A stretch of DNA of 64,000 bases from an uncultured Planctomycetales bacterium (GCA_964612665.1 CAZTCI010000003.1:336273-400272), one strand, 5' to 3'. Positions 55,511-64,000 are shown, counted from the first letter of the stretch. Numbers and translations are program-made. Notes: generated by a model from the letters alone, not told the origin.

Positions 55511-55540
55511 CAAATTATTTTTGAATTGAAACGACTAAAA

Positions 55541-55936
55541 TTATGATTCTAAAGGGAAATTGGCTTCCTTCCAAGCTTTAATGCCACCCTCCATTTCCAT
55601 TACTGAATAGCCTTTCCCAGCAAAATTAAGCGCTGCCTTGGCCGCTAAATGGCATGTTTGTGTGTAACAATAAATAATATTCACTCTATCCATTTGTAAG
55701 CCTTCATCGGTATCCCATTTTTCTTTGGAAAGGTTGACAACACCTGGGATATGCGCCTGCCTGTAATCTTTTGCTTCGCGAACGTCAATGATAGTGATAT
55801 CAGTATTCTCATCTATTTGGTGCTTTAACTCAACGGGGCCAATTGTGAAGGCCACTTTATCTTCAAAAAATTCTTTAGCCCGTACTGGATCGTTCTTTTC
55901 TATCATCATTGTCATTTTTACGGCCCTGCCTTTCAT
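55541..55936 (-). CDS. rhodanese-domain sulfurtransferase
   Basis: Single rhodanese domain with the active-site Cys loop IIYCYTQTCHLAAKAA. The start codon choice among M1, M8 and M11 is uncertain. Confidence 0.8.
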   Translation of the reverse strand: MKGRAVKMTMMIEKNDPVRAKEFFEDKVAFTIGPVELKHQIDENTDITIIDVREAKDYRQAHIPGVVNLSKEKWDTDEGLQMDRVNIIYCYTQTCHLAAKAALNFAGKGYSVMEMEGGIKAWKEANFPLES

Positions 55937-56132
55937 TGCTAAGGGATTTTTATAAAAAATGCGGGCGGAACCTCCTGCGAATCATTCCAACGAAGAGGTT
56001 TTCATGTTAGGCTCCTTTGCAATTTTACTCAATGGTTAATCGTTTTGCTTATTAGAAGTCATCCCATAAATAGCATTGAGCGGGCAGCGCGGGTGGCACG
56101 GCGAGCCGATTGGGGGAGGATCCACGCCGGGC

Positions 56133-56200
56133 GGAGGGGCCCACAAGCGGTTTGCCGTGACAGGACCCGCTGTCTTCGGCTATTTATGAGATACGTTCTA
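56133..56200. repeat. 68-bp GC-rich element, copy A (identical to 60273-60340), embedded in a ~150-nt structured GC-rich island (56060-56200)
   Basis: Exact 68/68 identity between the two loci. Copy A is closed by a long-range 10-bp helix, CATAAATAGC (56067-56076) pairing with GCTATTTATG (56180-56189). Confidence 0.8.
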
Positions 56201-56224
56201 GTAAACGCCCTTCGATCTAATCCT

Positions 56225-56623
56225 TCAGGCCCTTGAAGCTCTAGTTCTTTTCAAAACAGAATGATACGGTTGACGCTCAGTTATAAAAGCAATCAAAATC
56301 TCAACCAGACCTACAATCAAATGCGGAAGCCGAACATATTTTTTAAAATCAAAAAGCCACGAAGAAACCGCCGGAAAAATACCGGCGATAATATCCAAGC
56401 GCAGATGAATGGGCATCGAAATTTTCCTGGCTATACCCGATTCATAATTAGTGAGCAAACTATACAAAATAATTGCCGCACCCACACATACCGGCACAAT
56501 TGCTTCTGCATGATCGTTAGCAAATCCTAATAACCAAGTAATAATAATCAAAAGAAAGCCTACGGCATAATCCAAAATACCGTGTACCCGCCGTGTACCC
56601 GCGTTGTGATTCTCATGTGGCAC
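56225..56623 (-). CDS. small polytopic membrane protein, hypothetical
   Basis: 132 aa with 4 TM helices. Confidence 0.5.
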   Translation of the reverse strand: MPHENHNAGTRRVHGILDYAVGFLLIIITWLLGFANDHAEAIVPVCVGAAIILYSLLTNYESGIARKISMPIHLRLDIIAGIFPAVSSWLFDFKKYVRLPHLIVGLVEILIAFITERQPYHSVLKRTRASRA

Positions 56624-56828
56624 CTCCTGTTTTTTTATTTGAAAGTATCCTACTAAAATTTAAATTAAAGCGATGTTAAAATAAGATTAAAATTCTTTTA
56701 CCTGGCCGACGGGAAAGAATCTCTCTTCTAACTGAAACTCTAAGAGCTTATTTAAAGCAAATAATCCCTCCCTCAACTTTTAATTTAGTTTTAATCTTTC
56801 TTTAATGTATTTTGAGTAACATTTAGGT

Positions 56829-57260
56829 ATGAAGCATTCAGACCTCAAAAAGAAAAAGTCCACACACCAAGCCGCTGGATCTAACGCTAAGAATAAAAAA
56901 GCGAAGCCGGTCTCTTCAGAGATTAAAATAATTCCGCTGAAACAAGAAGTGCCGGAAAAATTACGCGACCCTGTTCCGAATACCCTTAATCCCCAGGAAG
57001 ACACAACTAAAAATTTAAGCCAACCGGAAGACCGCGGTGAGGATCTGATCACTGAACGTGATCCTTTTATTCAACAGCCTGAACGGGAGACGCAAATTCC
57101 GCCCGAGATTATTCAGCAACGGGCCTATCATCTATACGAACAGCGCGGACTTCGTGATGGAGATGATTTAGCGGATTGGTTTGAAGCAGAGCGGCAACTG
57201 CGCGGGAAAATTTACGGGGAAATCGAGAAAAGATCAGACGACAAGAATAATAAAAAATGA
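56829..57260 (+). CDS. DUF2934 family protein
   Basis: IQQRAYHLYEQRGLRDGDDLADWFEAERQL matches the DUF2934 core. The protein is highly charged. Confidence 0.65.
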   Translation: MKHSDLKKKKSTHQAAGSNAKNKKAKPVSSEIKIIPLKQEVPEKLRDPVPNTLNPQEDTTKNLSQPEDRGEDLITERDPFIQQPERETQIPPEIIQQRAYHLYEQRGLRDGDDLADWFEAERQLRGKIYGEIEKRSDDKNNKK

Positions 57261-57273
57261 TTGCTTCTGTGCG

Positions 57274-58266
57274 TCATTTCTTCCACCCTAACAATTCAAA
57301 AAGTTTCGGCGAACCGTTGAGATATCTTTCTTGATCAATTTCATTTAGCCACAAAGCTTTGACTTCCGGAAATTTTTCAATCCTATCATCGCCCCATCCT
57401 TGACCTTTGAACATCGGCATGATATCCCAATTCGAATTAATATAACAAAAGGCTTCTACATTATTCTCGTCGATAAAACGAAAAATATGTTTAAACCAGT
57501 CCAGCTTGCCGCGGACCGTATACATGCTTTGAGGCGTTGATTCGGCGATCATGAAAGGTTTGCGATGTTGCCGCGCCAGTTTTAAAAAAGGCGGCGCGTC
57601 CAAAATAGACTGGGTTGAAAAAATCGAGACACCAAACCAGTCGACATACTCATCGCCAGGATACCAGTCCATCCATGAGGATATTCCCGGTGCCAAACAG
57701 GAATGCCAGACAAAGGAAACGTTTGAAACATTTTGCCGGCGAAACAAATTCACAATATATCGAAATACGGCTTTATATTTTTCAGGCTCATAATGATTGT
57801 GAGGCAGATCAAATTCGTAACCAATCCGCAGATAAATCGGACGACGGGTTTTCTTAATCCAGCGTCCGATCAATCTTAAATTCCCATCGTATTTTCCCTG
57901 CAGAATATCATCGAGAACACCAATCATATATAAACCGATTTGAATGGTAGAATGCGGATAATTAGCGGCCAAAAATTTTCCGTCCTGGAATCCGGCTCCA
58001 TAATCATAAGGTTGTTTTAGCGCACGAACATTTTGGACCGCAGTATAAAACATGACACCACCGGGAACTAGGCCAGTTTCTTTTACATATTGTTTGATTG
58101 TTTCGCGGTCTTGCCCAATCAAAAGGATAGTTTTTCCCGGCGGAGGTGCAAAGGCGTGAGGTTGAACAGAAGCTTGTTTCTTAGAAAAAATCGACATCGC
58201 GTCGATGGAAACAACGCATGGAAGGTTAAAAACCAACAGTAACAATAAAATTTTGTAAAAACGCAT
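57274..58266 (-). CDS. secreted glycoside hydrolase, GH26-like (beta-mannanase-like TIM barrel)
   Basis: Signal peptide. Motifs YLRIGYEFD and WYPGDEYVDWFGVSIFS resemble the GH26 acid/base and substrate-binding regions. Confidence 0.45.
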   Translation of the reverse strand: MRFYKILLLLLVFNLPCVVSIDAMSIFSKKQASVQPHAFAPPPGKTILLIGQDRETIKQYVKETGLVPGGVMFYTAVQNVRALKQPYDYGAGFQDGKFLAANYPHSTIQIGLYMIGVLDDILQGKYDGNLRLIGRWIKKTRRPIYLRIGYEFDLPHNHYEPEKYKAVFRYIVNLFRRQNVSNVSFVWHSCLAPGISSWMDWYPGDEYVDWFGVSIFSTQSILDAPPFLKLARQHRKPFMIAESTPQSMYTVRGKLDWFKHIFRFIDENNVEAFCYINSNWDIMPMFKGQGWGDDRIEKFPEVKALWLNEIDQERYLNGSPKLFELLGWKK

Positions 58267-58299
58267 CGTTTTCCTTTTACTTAAAATTATTTTCAGCCG

Positions 58300-58656
58300 T
58301 TAATGCTCAACATCTTTTTCCTCCCTCTCTTTACGCTTCCTTTCTCTTAAAGATTCCGCCGGCAAACCGAACCACACATCGCGCGGTTCAACTTTTGTGT
58401 TCTTTAAAAGAACTGCGCTGGCCGCGATAATCGCGCGATCACCGATGTCGCAACCCGGCATGATCGTCGCGTGAGAGCCGATCGTAACGTTTTGTCCAAT
58501 CTTTACTTTTTTCAAGATTAATCTTCCCCGCTCCACAATGTGGCCGTTAACAATCGCTCCACCGCCGATAACCGTGTTATCACCGATTCCGAGCAGGGAG
58601 GCATCGAAAATATATTTGGAAATGAATAACCTCGCAGCGAGCTGTGGAGAATTCAC
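58300..58656 (-). CDS. hexapeptide-repeat (left-handed beta-helix) acyltransferase, short or truncated
   Basis: 118 aa made of hexapeptide repeats (IGDNTVIGGGAIVNGHI ... IGSHATIMPGCDIGDRAII). It is unusually short for the family. Confidence 0.55.
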   Translation of the reverse strand: MNSPQLAARLFISKYIFDASLLGIGDNTVIGGGAIVNGHIVERGRLILKKVKIGQNVTIGSHATIMPGCDIGDRAIIAASAVLLKNTKVEPRDVWFGLPAESLRERKRKEREEKDVEH

Positions 58657-58892
58657 CCTTAACCCCGCGTCTTTTGGCGGGGTTAATTCGTGCGTCTACT
58701 TACGCGTTGCAAAAAATGCAACGCGTAAGTAATGCGCTCATTAAATAAAAAACTATCTGACCAGACAACTTATTGTAGGTCTATTGGAAGGTATTACAGC
58801 AGAAAAATCTGCTTTTTTAGTGTAGGAACAGATGAATGCAGGCTGTGGCTTGCGCTGGCAGAGAGATTCAATATCGCAGGGAGCGATTCTTT

Positions 58893-59426
58893 TTAAAAAG
58901 CATTACATTGCACCACATGCATTCTTACGAAAAAGTAAAACAGATATTGATAAGAAAAACTGTAGAAGCCATTTTCAATCTTAATAATAGAAAGTGACAC
59001 AAATTTGTTAGCCATCGCTTCGAAATCAAACGCTTGATCAAATTGCCAGCAATACGCATCGTGAAATTCAATAAACCGATCCCTGGAAACCTCGTCGATA
59101 TCTTTATCAAAGAAATAATACGCCAATTCAGCCAGGTAGTGTGTCGATGCGTTCATTTCTTCTGAGGTTTTATCAACCTGACTTAACGCTTGCGTTATAA
59201 AAAACGCGTAAAGATTTCCCAGGCTATTTTTGTCGCCTTTAATATTTTGCAGCAAAGCAAAGAAAAAAGCAGGATTGGAAGGTAGGATTTTCTTTTCAAC
59301 TAAAGCCAAAAAAATCTCTTTGACTCTTTCATAATGATCGAGTTGTTCGGATAAAAAATCTAAGTCAAAACTATCTTCAGCAGAAAAACGCTTTAATTCA
59401 TCTCCTTTAATCATGTTTGTATTCAT
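58893..59426 (-). CDS. hypothetical protein
   Basis: 177-aa ORF with no recognisable motif. Confidence 0.4.
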   Translation of the reverse strand: MNTNMIKGDELKRFSAEDSFDLDFLSEQLDHYERVKEIFLALVEKKILPSNPAFFFALLQNIKGDKNSLGNLYAFFITQALSQVDKTSEEMNASTHYLAELAYYFFDKDIDEVSRDRFIEFHDAYCWQFDQAFDFEAMANKFVSLSIIKIENGFYSFSYQYLFYFFVRMHVVQCNAF

Positions 59427-59698
59427 ATTTTGTCCTTTCCTTTGCTAAATAAAGTTCAAAAAAAAAGCCCTCTTTTTGAAAAAGAGAGCCTCAATGCTCG
59501 TTTATAAACAAAAAATCCGCGGTCACTCAATTAGTAACAGCGGACTGTCTTTGCCCCACGACTTGTTAACCTTCATTGGCCAACGATGAGAGCTTAAATG
59601 AAAATATGATCTTTGTCAAGTTGTGGTTTAAAAATAGGAGTAATTTTATACACTCTCCCACAATCAATAATCAATTACCCGACGGAAAGATTGATTCA

Positions 59699-59905
59699 TT
59701 ATTCTCTCTCTAATAAAAATGATATTTTGGCATCAATACGGTAAAAGGCGATTTTATTGTCATGAACAATGACTTGAAAGTCTTTCACATCCATGGATTG
59801 AATGTTCCGGATCGTTGTGGAAGCTTCATCCAATGCCTTTTGAGCGGCATCTTCCCACCCTTTTTCGGATTGCGCCAAAACTTCAATGACTTTGACAACC
59901 GGCAT
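59699..59905 (-). CDS. dodecin (flavin-binding)
   Basis: The 68-aa C-terminal part MPVVKVIEVLAQSEKGWEDAAQKALDEASTTIRNIQSMDVKDFQVIVHDNKIAFYRIDAKISFLLERE matches dodecin. SD AAGGGAGAG precedes 59905. The ORF track extends to 60070, adding 55 aa without a good SD. Confidence 0.65.
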   Translation of the reverse strand: MPVVKVIEVLAQSEKGWEDAAQKALDEASTTIRNIQSMDVKDFQVIVHDNKIAFYRIDAKISFLLERE

Positions 59906-60272
59906 AAATTTCTCTCCCTTCACTTCCTTACATTTTTTATCTTTTTCCGATTCATACATGACAGCGAAGCCTTCACCTTCAGAGCGGAGTAAATCCTTTT
60001 TAGTTTCAGGATATATGGTTTCATTAGTGGCTGATTGTTTCAATTGAACGTTGGATTTTTGAGTTTTCATGCAAAAGCCTCATTTGCCATTTTTAAATTC
60101 ACAACTCAATTTACTCTTTAGGCAATTAAAAAAGGATTAAAAAAAAATTAAAAAATATTCATTCATAAAATAAAAGCACCTTAGCGACGAGCTAAAGAGC
60201 TTTTATGCCATGCGGACTCCAAGGTTCATGGAGCTTACAAGAATACAAATTGAAATTTCTAAATTGTTAGTG

Positions 60273-60340
60273 GGAGGGGCCCACAAGCGGTTTGCCGTGA
60301 CAGGACCCGCTGTCTTCGGCTATTTATGAGATACGTTCTA
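60273..60340. repeat. 68-bp GC-rich element, copy B (identical to 56133-56200). Its last 17 bp encode the C-terminal ERIS-stop of the receiver gene.
   Basis: Exact identity to copy A. The flanks are AT-rich and unrelated. Confidence 0.8.
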
Positions 60341-60779
60341 AATACTGGCTTCTGTATACTTCTACAATTTGTTCTCCTTTTTCTCCGGAAACAAATATAT
60401 CACCGTTCAGGACCGCCTTAAGACTAGGGATGAGTGCAGCACAAATTTGATTTTTATTAACGTAACCCTTAGCGCCCGCGGAAAGGCATTTCATCGCGTA
60501 ATCGATTTCATCGTGAGCGGATAAAATAATAGATGGAAGATCAATACCCTTACTTTTTATAACATGCAAGAGGCCAATTCCGCCCTCTGGTTCACCCAGT
60601 GAAATATCAATGATGGCAGCGTCAAAAGGGTGGCGAACAATTGAATCCAAGAATGATTCAGCCTCCGCTGCTACATGTGTAATTTCTAATTCCCGCTCTC
60701 CTTCAATTTCAATGAGTTCCCTCATTAAAGGCGGGATTAGAGGTTCGTCGTCTAAAGCGATAATTTTTCTTGTATTCAT
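60324..60779 (-). CDS. single-domain response regulator (receiver)
   Basis: REC fold (IIALDDEPL ... AAIIDISLGEPEGGIGLL ... ILSAHDE). Confidence 0.7.
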   Translation of the reverse strand: MNTRKIIALDDEPLIPPLMRELIEIEGERELEITHVAAEAESFLDSIVRHPFDAAIIDISLGEPEGGIGLLHVIKSKGIDLPSIILSAHDEIDYAMKCLSAGAKGYVNKNQICAALIPSLKAVLNGDIFVSGEKGEQIVEVYRSQYLERIS

Positions 60780-60804
60780 AGTAGTTTAAACCTTTTTAAA
60801 ATTT

Positions 60805-62397
60805 TTAATTCTTAATTAAAGAATTTCTCGAATACGGTATCGTAAAATAAAAAGTTGTACCTTTATTCAATTCAGATTCAACCCAAATCCGCCCGTCGTG
60901 ACGCTCAATAATCTTCTTACAAATGGCCAGCCCAATTCCAGTCCCTTGATATTGATCCACATGATGAAGGCGCTGAAAGATCACAAAAATCTTATCAAAA
61001 TATTTTGAGTCGATGCCAATGCCATTATCAGCGACGGAGAATATCCATTCATGAGTGATTTTCTTGGCTCCAATGTGTATCTTGGGGCTTTGCTGACAAT
61101 ATTTTAAGGAATTGGCCAGAAAATTTTGGAACACTTGCACCATTTGAATCTCATCAACCGCCAAAGCAGGCAGAGGATCGTATGTGATTTGGGCGTTTTT
61201 TTCCTTTATTAATAACGAAATATTAAAAACAGCTTGGCCGACGATATTCTTTAAATCTGCATCATAAAACTTCTTTTCTTTAATGCCGATGCGGGCGTAT
61301 TCTAAAAGGTCACGAATAAGCCGCTGCGCGCGGGTAACGCCTATTTTAACCACATCCAAGATTTCTTTACTGCTGTCGTCCAGTTTTCCTTTTTGCTTAA
61401 GCAGCAATAAATCCACATAGCTGCTCACAATCCTTAAAGGTTCTTGAAGGTCATGAGAAGCAACAAAGGCAAACTGTTCCAAGTCTTTATTCGAGCGGTT
61501 AAGCTCCTCAGATAACCCTCGGAATGATTCTTCCGTCTTTTTCACATAATCGATGTCTGTCGCGGTGGCGATCCAACCAATAACTTCATCATCATTAACT
61601 TCTGCCACCACTTTAACCAAATGCCAGCGATATGTTCCATCATTCTCGCCGCGGATGCGGATTTCTATTTGATGGTTCTGTAATTGCTGACGGCGCATAT
61701 GTAACCAGAATACTAAGAATTTTCGGCGGTCTTTCGGATGAATAACTATTTTCCATTCTTCAAAAGAAGCCGAAGTCAGAAGACCCACATAGTGGTAACA
61801 GCGTTGATTTAGATATTCTATTTTTCCATCACGGCTTATCTTAAGAACCATATGCGGGACAGCATCCGCCAGATTAACGTAGCGTCTTAAACTTTCTTCT
61901 TGCAATTCCGACATCTGGCGCGCGTTTTCTTGTAGTTCAAGTTCACGCAATAGCGCAGCCTGCTGTTTGATTTCTAAATTTTTTTTAAAAAGTTCGACGA
62001 AGATATCAACTTTAGATTGCAGAATGAGCGGATCAAACGGCTTAAAAATATAATCGACCGCGCCGCTTTCATAACCCTGATTAATGTGGCGGTTTTCTTT
62101 ATTGATAGCCGTGACAAAAATAATCGGTGTGTTTTTTGAGCGGTAATTTTCACGCAGGAGTTTGGCTGTTTCAAAACCATCCAATTCAGGCATCTGAACA
62201 TCGAGTAAAATGACAGCAAAATCGTATAAGGCAGCATACTGCAGTGCTTCTCGTCCGGAGCTAGCTTTAATGAGATTATAATTTTCACAAGAAAGCATAG
62301 CCTCTAAGGCGAGCAAGCCGTCGGGCCGGTCATCAACGACCAAAATATTAACTTTTGTTGAAGAAGGCGCTTCAACAATGAGTGCGGGATTCATCAT
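60805..62397 (-). CDS. hybrid sensor kinase: N-terminal receiver + PAS + HisKA + HATPase_c
   Basis: ILVVDDRPDGL ... LLDVQMPELDG (REC); PAS; FVASHDLQEPLR (HisKA H-box); GTGIGLAICKKIIERHDGRIWVES (G2 box). Confidence 0.85.
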   Translation of the reverse strand: MMNPALIVEAPSSTKVNILVVDDRPDGLLALEAMLSCENYNLIKASSGREALQYAALYDFAVILLDVQMPELDGFETAKLLRENYRSKNTPIIFVTAINKENRHINQGYESGAVDYIFKPFDPLILQSKVDIFVELFKKNLEIKQQAALLRELELQENARQMSELQEESLRRYVNLADAVPHMVLKISRDGKIEYLNQRCYHYVGLLTSASFEEWKIVIHPKDRRKFLVFWLHMRRQQLQNHQIEIRIRGENDGTYRWHLVKVVAEVNDDEVIGWIATATDIDYVKKTEESFRGLSEELNRSNKDLEQFAFVASHDLQEPLRIVSSYVDLLLLKQKGKLDDSSKEILDVVKIGVTRAQRLIRDLLEYARIGIKEKKFYDADLKNIVGQAVFNISLLIKEKNAQITYDPLPALAVDEIQMVQVFQNFLANSLKYCQQSPKIHIGAKKITHEWIFSVADNGIGIDSKYFDKIFVIFQRLHHVDQYQGTGIGLAICKKIIERHDGRIWVESELNKGTTFYFTIPYSRNSLIKN

Positions 62398-62483
62398 TTT
62401 TGAGGAATCGACCCATTACTGATAAAAATATCAGACACAGAGCTTTTCATTTTGAAACAACGCTGTTATTTAAATCAGGAACT

Positions 62484-64000
62484 CTATTTGTTTAACCAGG
62501 AATACATCAACCCTAACAAACGTTCATTATCAACCGGCTTTGTAATATAATCCGACGCGCCGGCTGCCAAGCACTGCTCACGGTCGCCTTTCATCGCTTT
62601 TGCCGTCAAAGCGAGGATCGGCAGAGAACCAAACTTTGACATCTTGCGGATCGTTTTGATCGCGTCAAAGCCGTTCATCTCCGGCATCATGATGTCCATG
62701 AGCACCAAATGAACATCCGGCGTTTCTTTCAATTTACGAATGCCGGCCTTTCCATTTTCAGCGGAAATAACATGGATGCCGCGGGGTTCAAGAATACTCG
62801 TCAAGGCATAAATGTTTCGTTTATCATCGTCGACAATAAGGACTTTCTTACCTTGAAAGTCGGCGTGGACCGGAAGCAATGGAACATGAACACTCTTGTC
62901 TTTGACATTATGCTTGGCGTTTTCTGCGCCAATATATTTTTCCGGCAAATAAAGGGTGAAAGTACTTCCGGCTCCAGGTGTACTGGTTACTTCGATAATA
63001 CCGCCTAACAAACGGGCGATTTCGCGGCTGATCGTCAAGCCCAAACCAGTACCGCCATACTTGCGGCTGGTTGTCCCGTCGGCTTGTTGGAAAGCTTCGA
63101 AGATGATGTTTTGCTTTTCCTTAGGAATTCCAATACCCGTATCCGAAACCGCAAAAGCCAACACACGCGGACTTCTATCAAGAGTGTCAATGCCAAACTG
63201 CCGTCCTTTATCGGCGAGCTGAACATCAAAACGCACCTGACCTTTTTCGGTAAATTTAACGGCGTTCGATAACAGGTTCTTAAGAATTTGCTGCAAGCGG
63301 TTATTGTCGGTGAACATCGTTCCCGGCACATGGGCTTCACTGTGGATTTGAAATTCCAATCCTTTGTGTTTAACCATCGGCCGGAAGTTTTGTTCGAGGT
63401 ATTCATAGATATCAATTAAGGAAAGTTCCTGCGGTTCAATCGACATTTTTCCGGCTTCAACTTTGGAGAGATCAAGGATTTCATTGATCAAGGTCAAAAG
63501 GTCTTGCCCCGTCGAGTGAACGGTCGCGGCATATTTGACTTGTTCCGGAGTTAAGTTATTGTCTTTATTCTCCGCCAGAGTTTTTGAAAGAATCAACAAG
63601 CTGTTTAATGGCGTGCGCAACTCGTGAGACATGTTCGCCAAGAACTCTGATTTGTATTTTGAAATAAGGGAAAGCTGTTCGGCTTTTTCTTCCAAGGACA
63701 AGCTCGCCATTTCGACTTCTTTGTTCTTTAACTCGAGAAGTTTGGCTTTTTCTTCAAGTTCTTTGGCCTGGGCTTCGAGTTCGGCGTTGGAACGTTTGAC
63801 CTCTTGCAGCAACTCTTCGGTTCTCATCGTGGATGAAATCATATTCAAGATAACGCCGACGCTGTCCATCAGCTGGTCCAAGAAGTTCAGATAGTTAACA
63901 CTGAAAGGTTTAAATGACGCGAGTTCAATAACCGCCTTCAAATCGCCTTCGAAGACGACGGGCAAAAGAAGAATATTGTTGGGCCGGCCGTCGCCTAATC
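62484..64000 (-). CDS. hybrid histidine kinase (GAF-like N-terminus, HisKA, HATPase_c, C-terminal receiver), 5' end beyond window
   Basis: FLANMSHELRTPLNS H-box, GTGLGLTISREIARLLGG G2 box, and C-terminal REC (VLIVDDDKRN ... LVLMDIMMPEMNG). The ORF stays open upstream of the annotated TTG at 63965 (…GDGRPNNILLLPVVFEG), so the gene continues past 64000. Confidence 0.85.
   Translation of the reverse strand, partial: LGDGRPNNILLLPVVFEGDLKAVIELASFKPFSVNYLNFLDQLMDSVGVILNMISSTMRTEELLQEVKRSNAELEAQAKELEEKAKLLELKNKEVEMASLSLEEKAEQLSLISKYKSEFLANMSHELRTPLNSLLILSKTLAENKDNNLTPEQVKYAATVHSTGQDLLTLINEILDLSKVEAGKMSIEPQELSLIDIYEYLEQNFRPMVKHKGLEFQIHSEAHVPGTMFTDNNRLQQILKNLLSNAVKFTEKGQVRFDVQLADKGRQFGIDTLDRSPRVLAFAVSDTGIGIPKEKQNIIFEAFQQADGTTSRKYGGTGLGLTISREIARLLGGIIEVTSTPGAGSTFTLYLPEKYIGAENAKHNVKDKSVHVPLLPVHADFQGKKVLIVDDDKRNIYALTSILEPRGIHVISAENGKAGIRKLKETPDVHLVLMDIMMPEMNGFDAIKTIRKMSKFGSLPILALTAKAMKGDREQCLAAGASDYITKPVDNERLLGLMYSWLNK

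Noticed and set aside
56045-56236. 63-aa Arg-rich plus-strand ORF (MLIRSHPINSIERAARVARRADWGRIHAGRRGPQ...)
   Set aside because: It lies entirely within the GC-rich structured island. The Arg/Gly/Pro-rich translation is typical of GC-rich non-coding sequence read in frame. No SD is present.
1-64000. Search for tRNA/rRNA, CRISPR arrays, transposases, integrases and phage genes
   Set aside because: No cloverleaf-compatible GC-rich 75-nt segments with a T-loop consensus, no regularly spaced short direct repeats, and no transposase or integrase-like ORFs were seen. The only repeats are the MITE-like tandem and the 68-bp pair.

Overview
This 64-kb window comes from a moderately AT-rich bacterial genome with strong AAGGAGG-type ribosome-binding sites, probably a Gram-negative environmental lineage. 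Coding is almost entirely on the minus strand: about 70 genes, with only three convincing plus-strand CDS. I saw no rRNA, tRNA, CRISPR array, transposase or integrase. Gene content in order: a housekeeping and stress block (def, panD, DJ-1/PfpI, hicB plus frameshifted hicA, trxA, secreted MsrB, OsmC, DUF892 ferritin-like, YHS, two DUF1328 paralogs, a DUF883/ElaB-like trio); a peptidoglycan-peptide recycling pair (YkfB-like epimerase and YkfC-like NlpC/P60); a TMTC-like TPR membrane protein; a trehalose operon (GH15, otsB, otsA); an MFS transporter; a Cys-rich beta-helix exoprotein; a fused MFS/spermidine-synthase; a DipZ-like CcdA-thioredoxin fusion; a run of small secreted proteins; an SSADH plus ALS-like TPP enzyme; an AP-superfamily plus EEP phosphoesterase fusion; a GT4 plus six-hairpin glycosidase pair; a GntR(YtrA)-controlled ABC exporter whose 906-aa permease carries a large extracytoplasmic domain and TPR repeats; a cluster of His/Tyr-rich secreted paralogs with a Csp3-like cysteine four-helix-bundle copper-storage protein; a 1248-aa CheB-CheR-PAS-histidine-kinase fusion with two CheY-like receivers; a PEP-CTERM cargo protein flanked by an exosortase-associated-type N-acyl amino-acid synthase-like gene and a PaaK/CapK-like ligase, next to an ~800-bp extremely AT-rich ORF-free tract; and a terminal multi-kinase/receiver cluster. 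Non-coding highlights: two tandem ~145-bp MITE-like repeats with 17-bp terminal inverted repeats, an identical 68-bp GC-rich element present twice (one copy inside a ~150-nt structured GC island upstream of a rhodanese gene), several intrinsic terminators, and recurrent GA-rich and CCCCAACCCCGGGG motifs.
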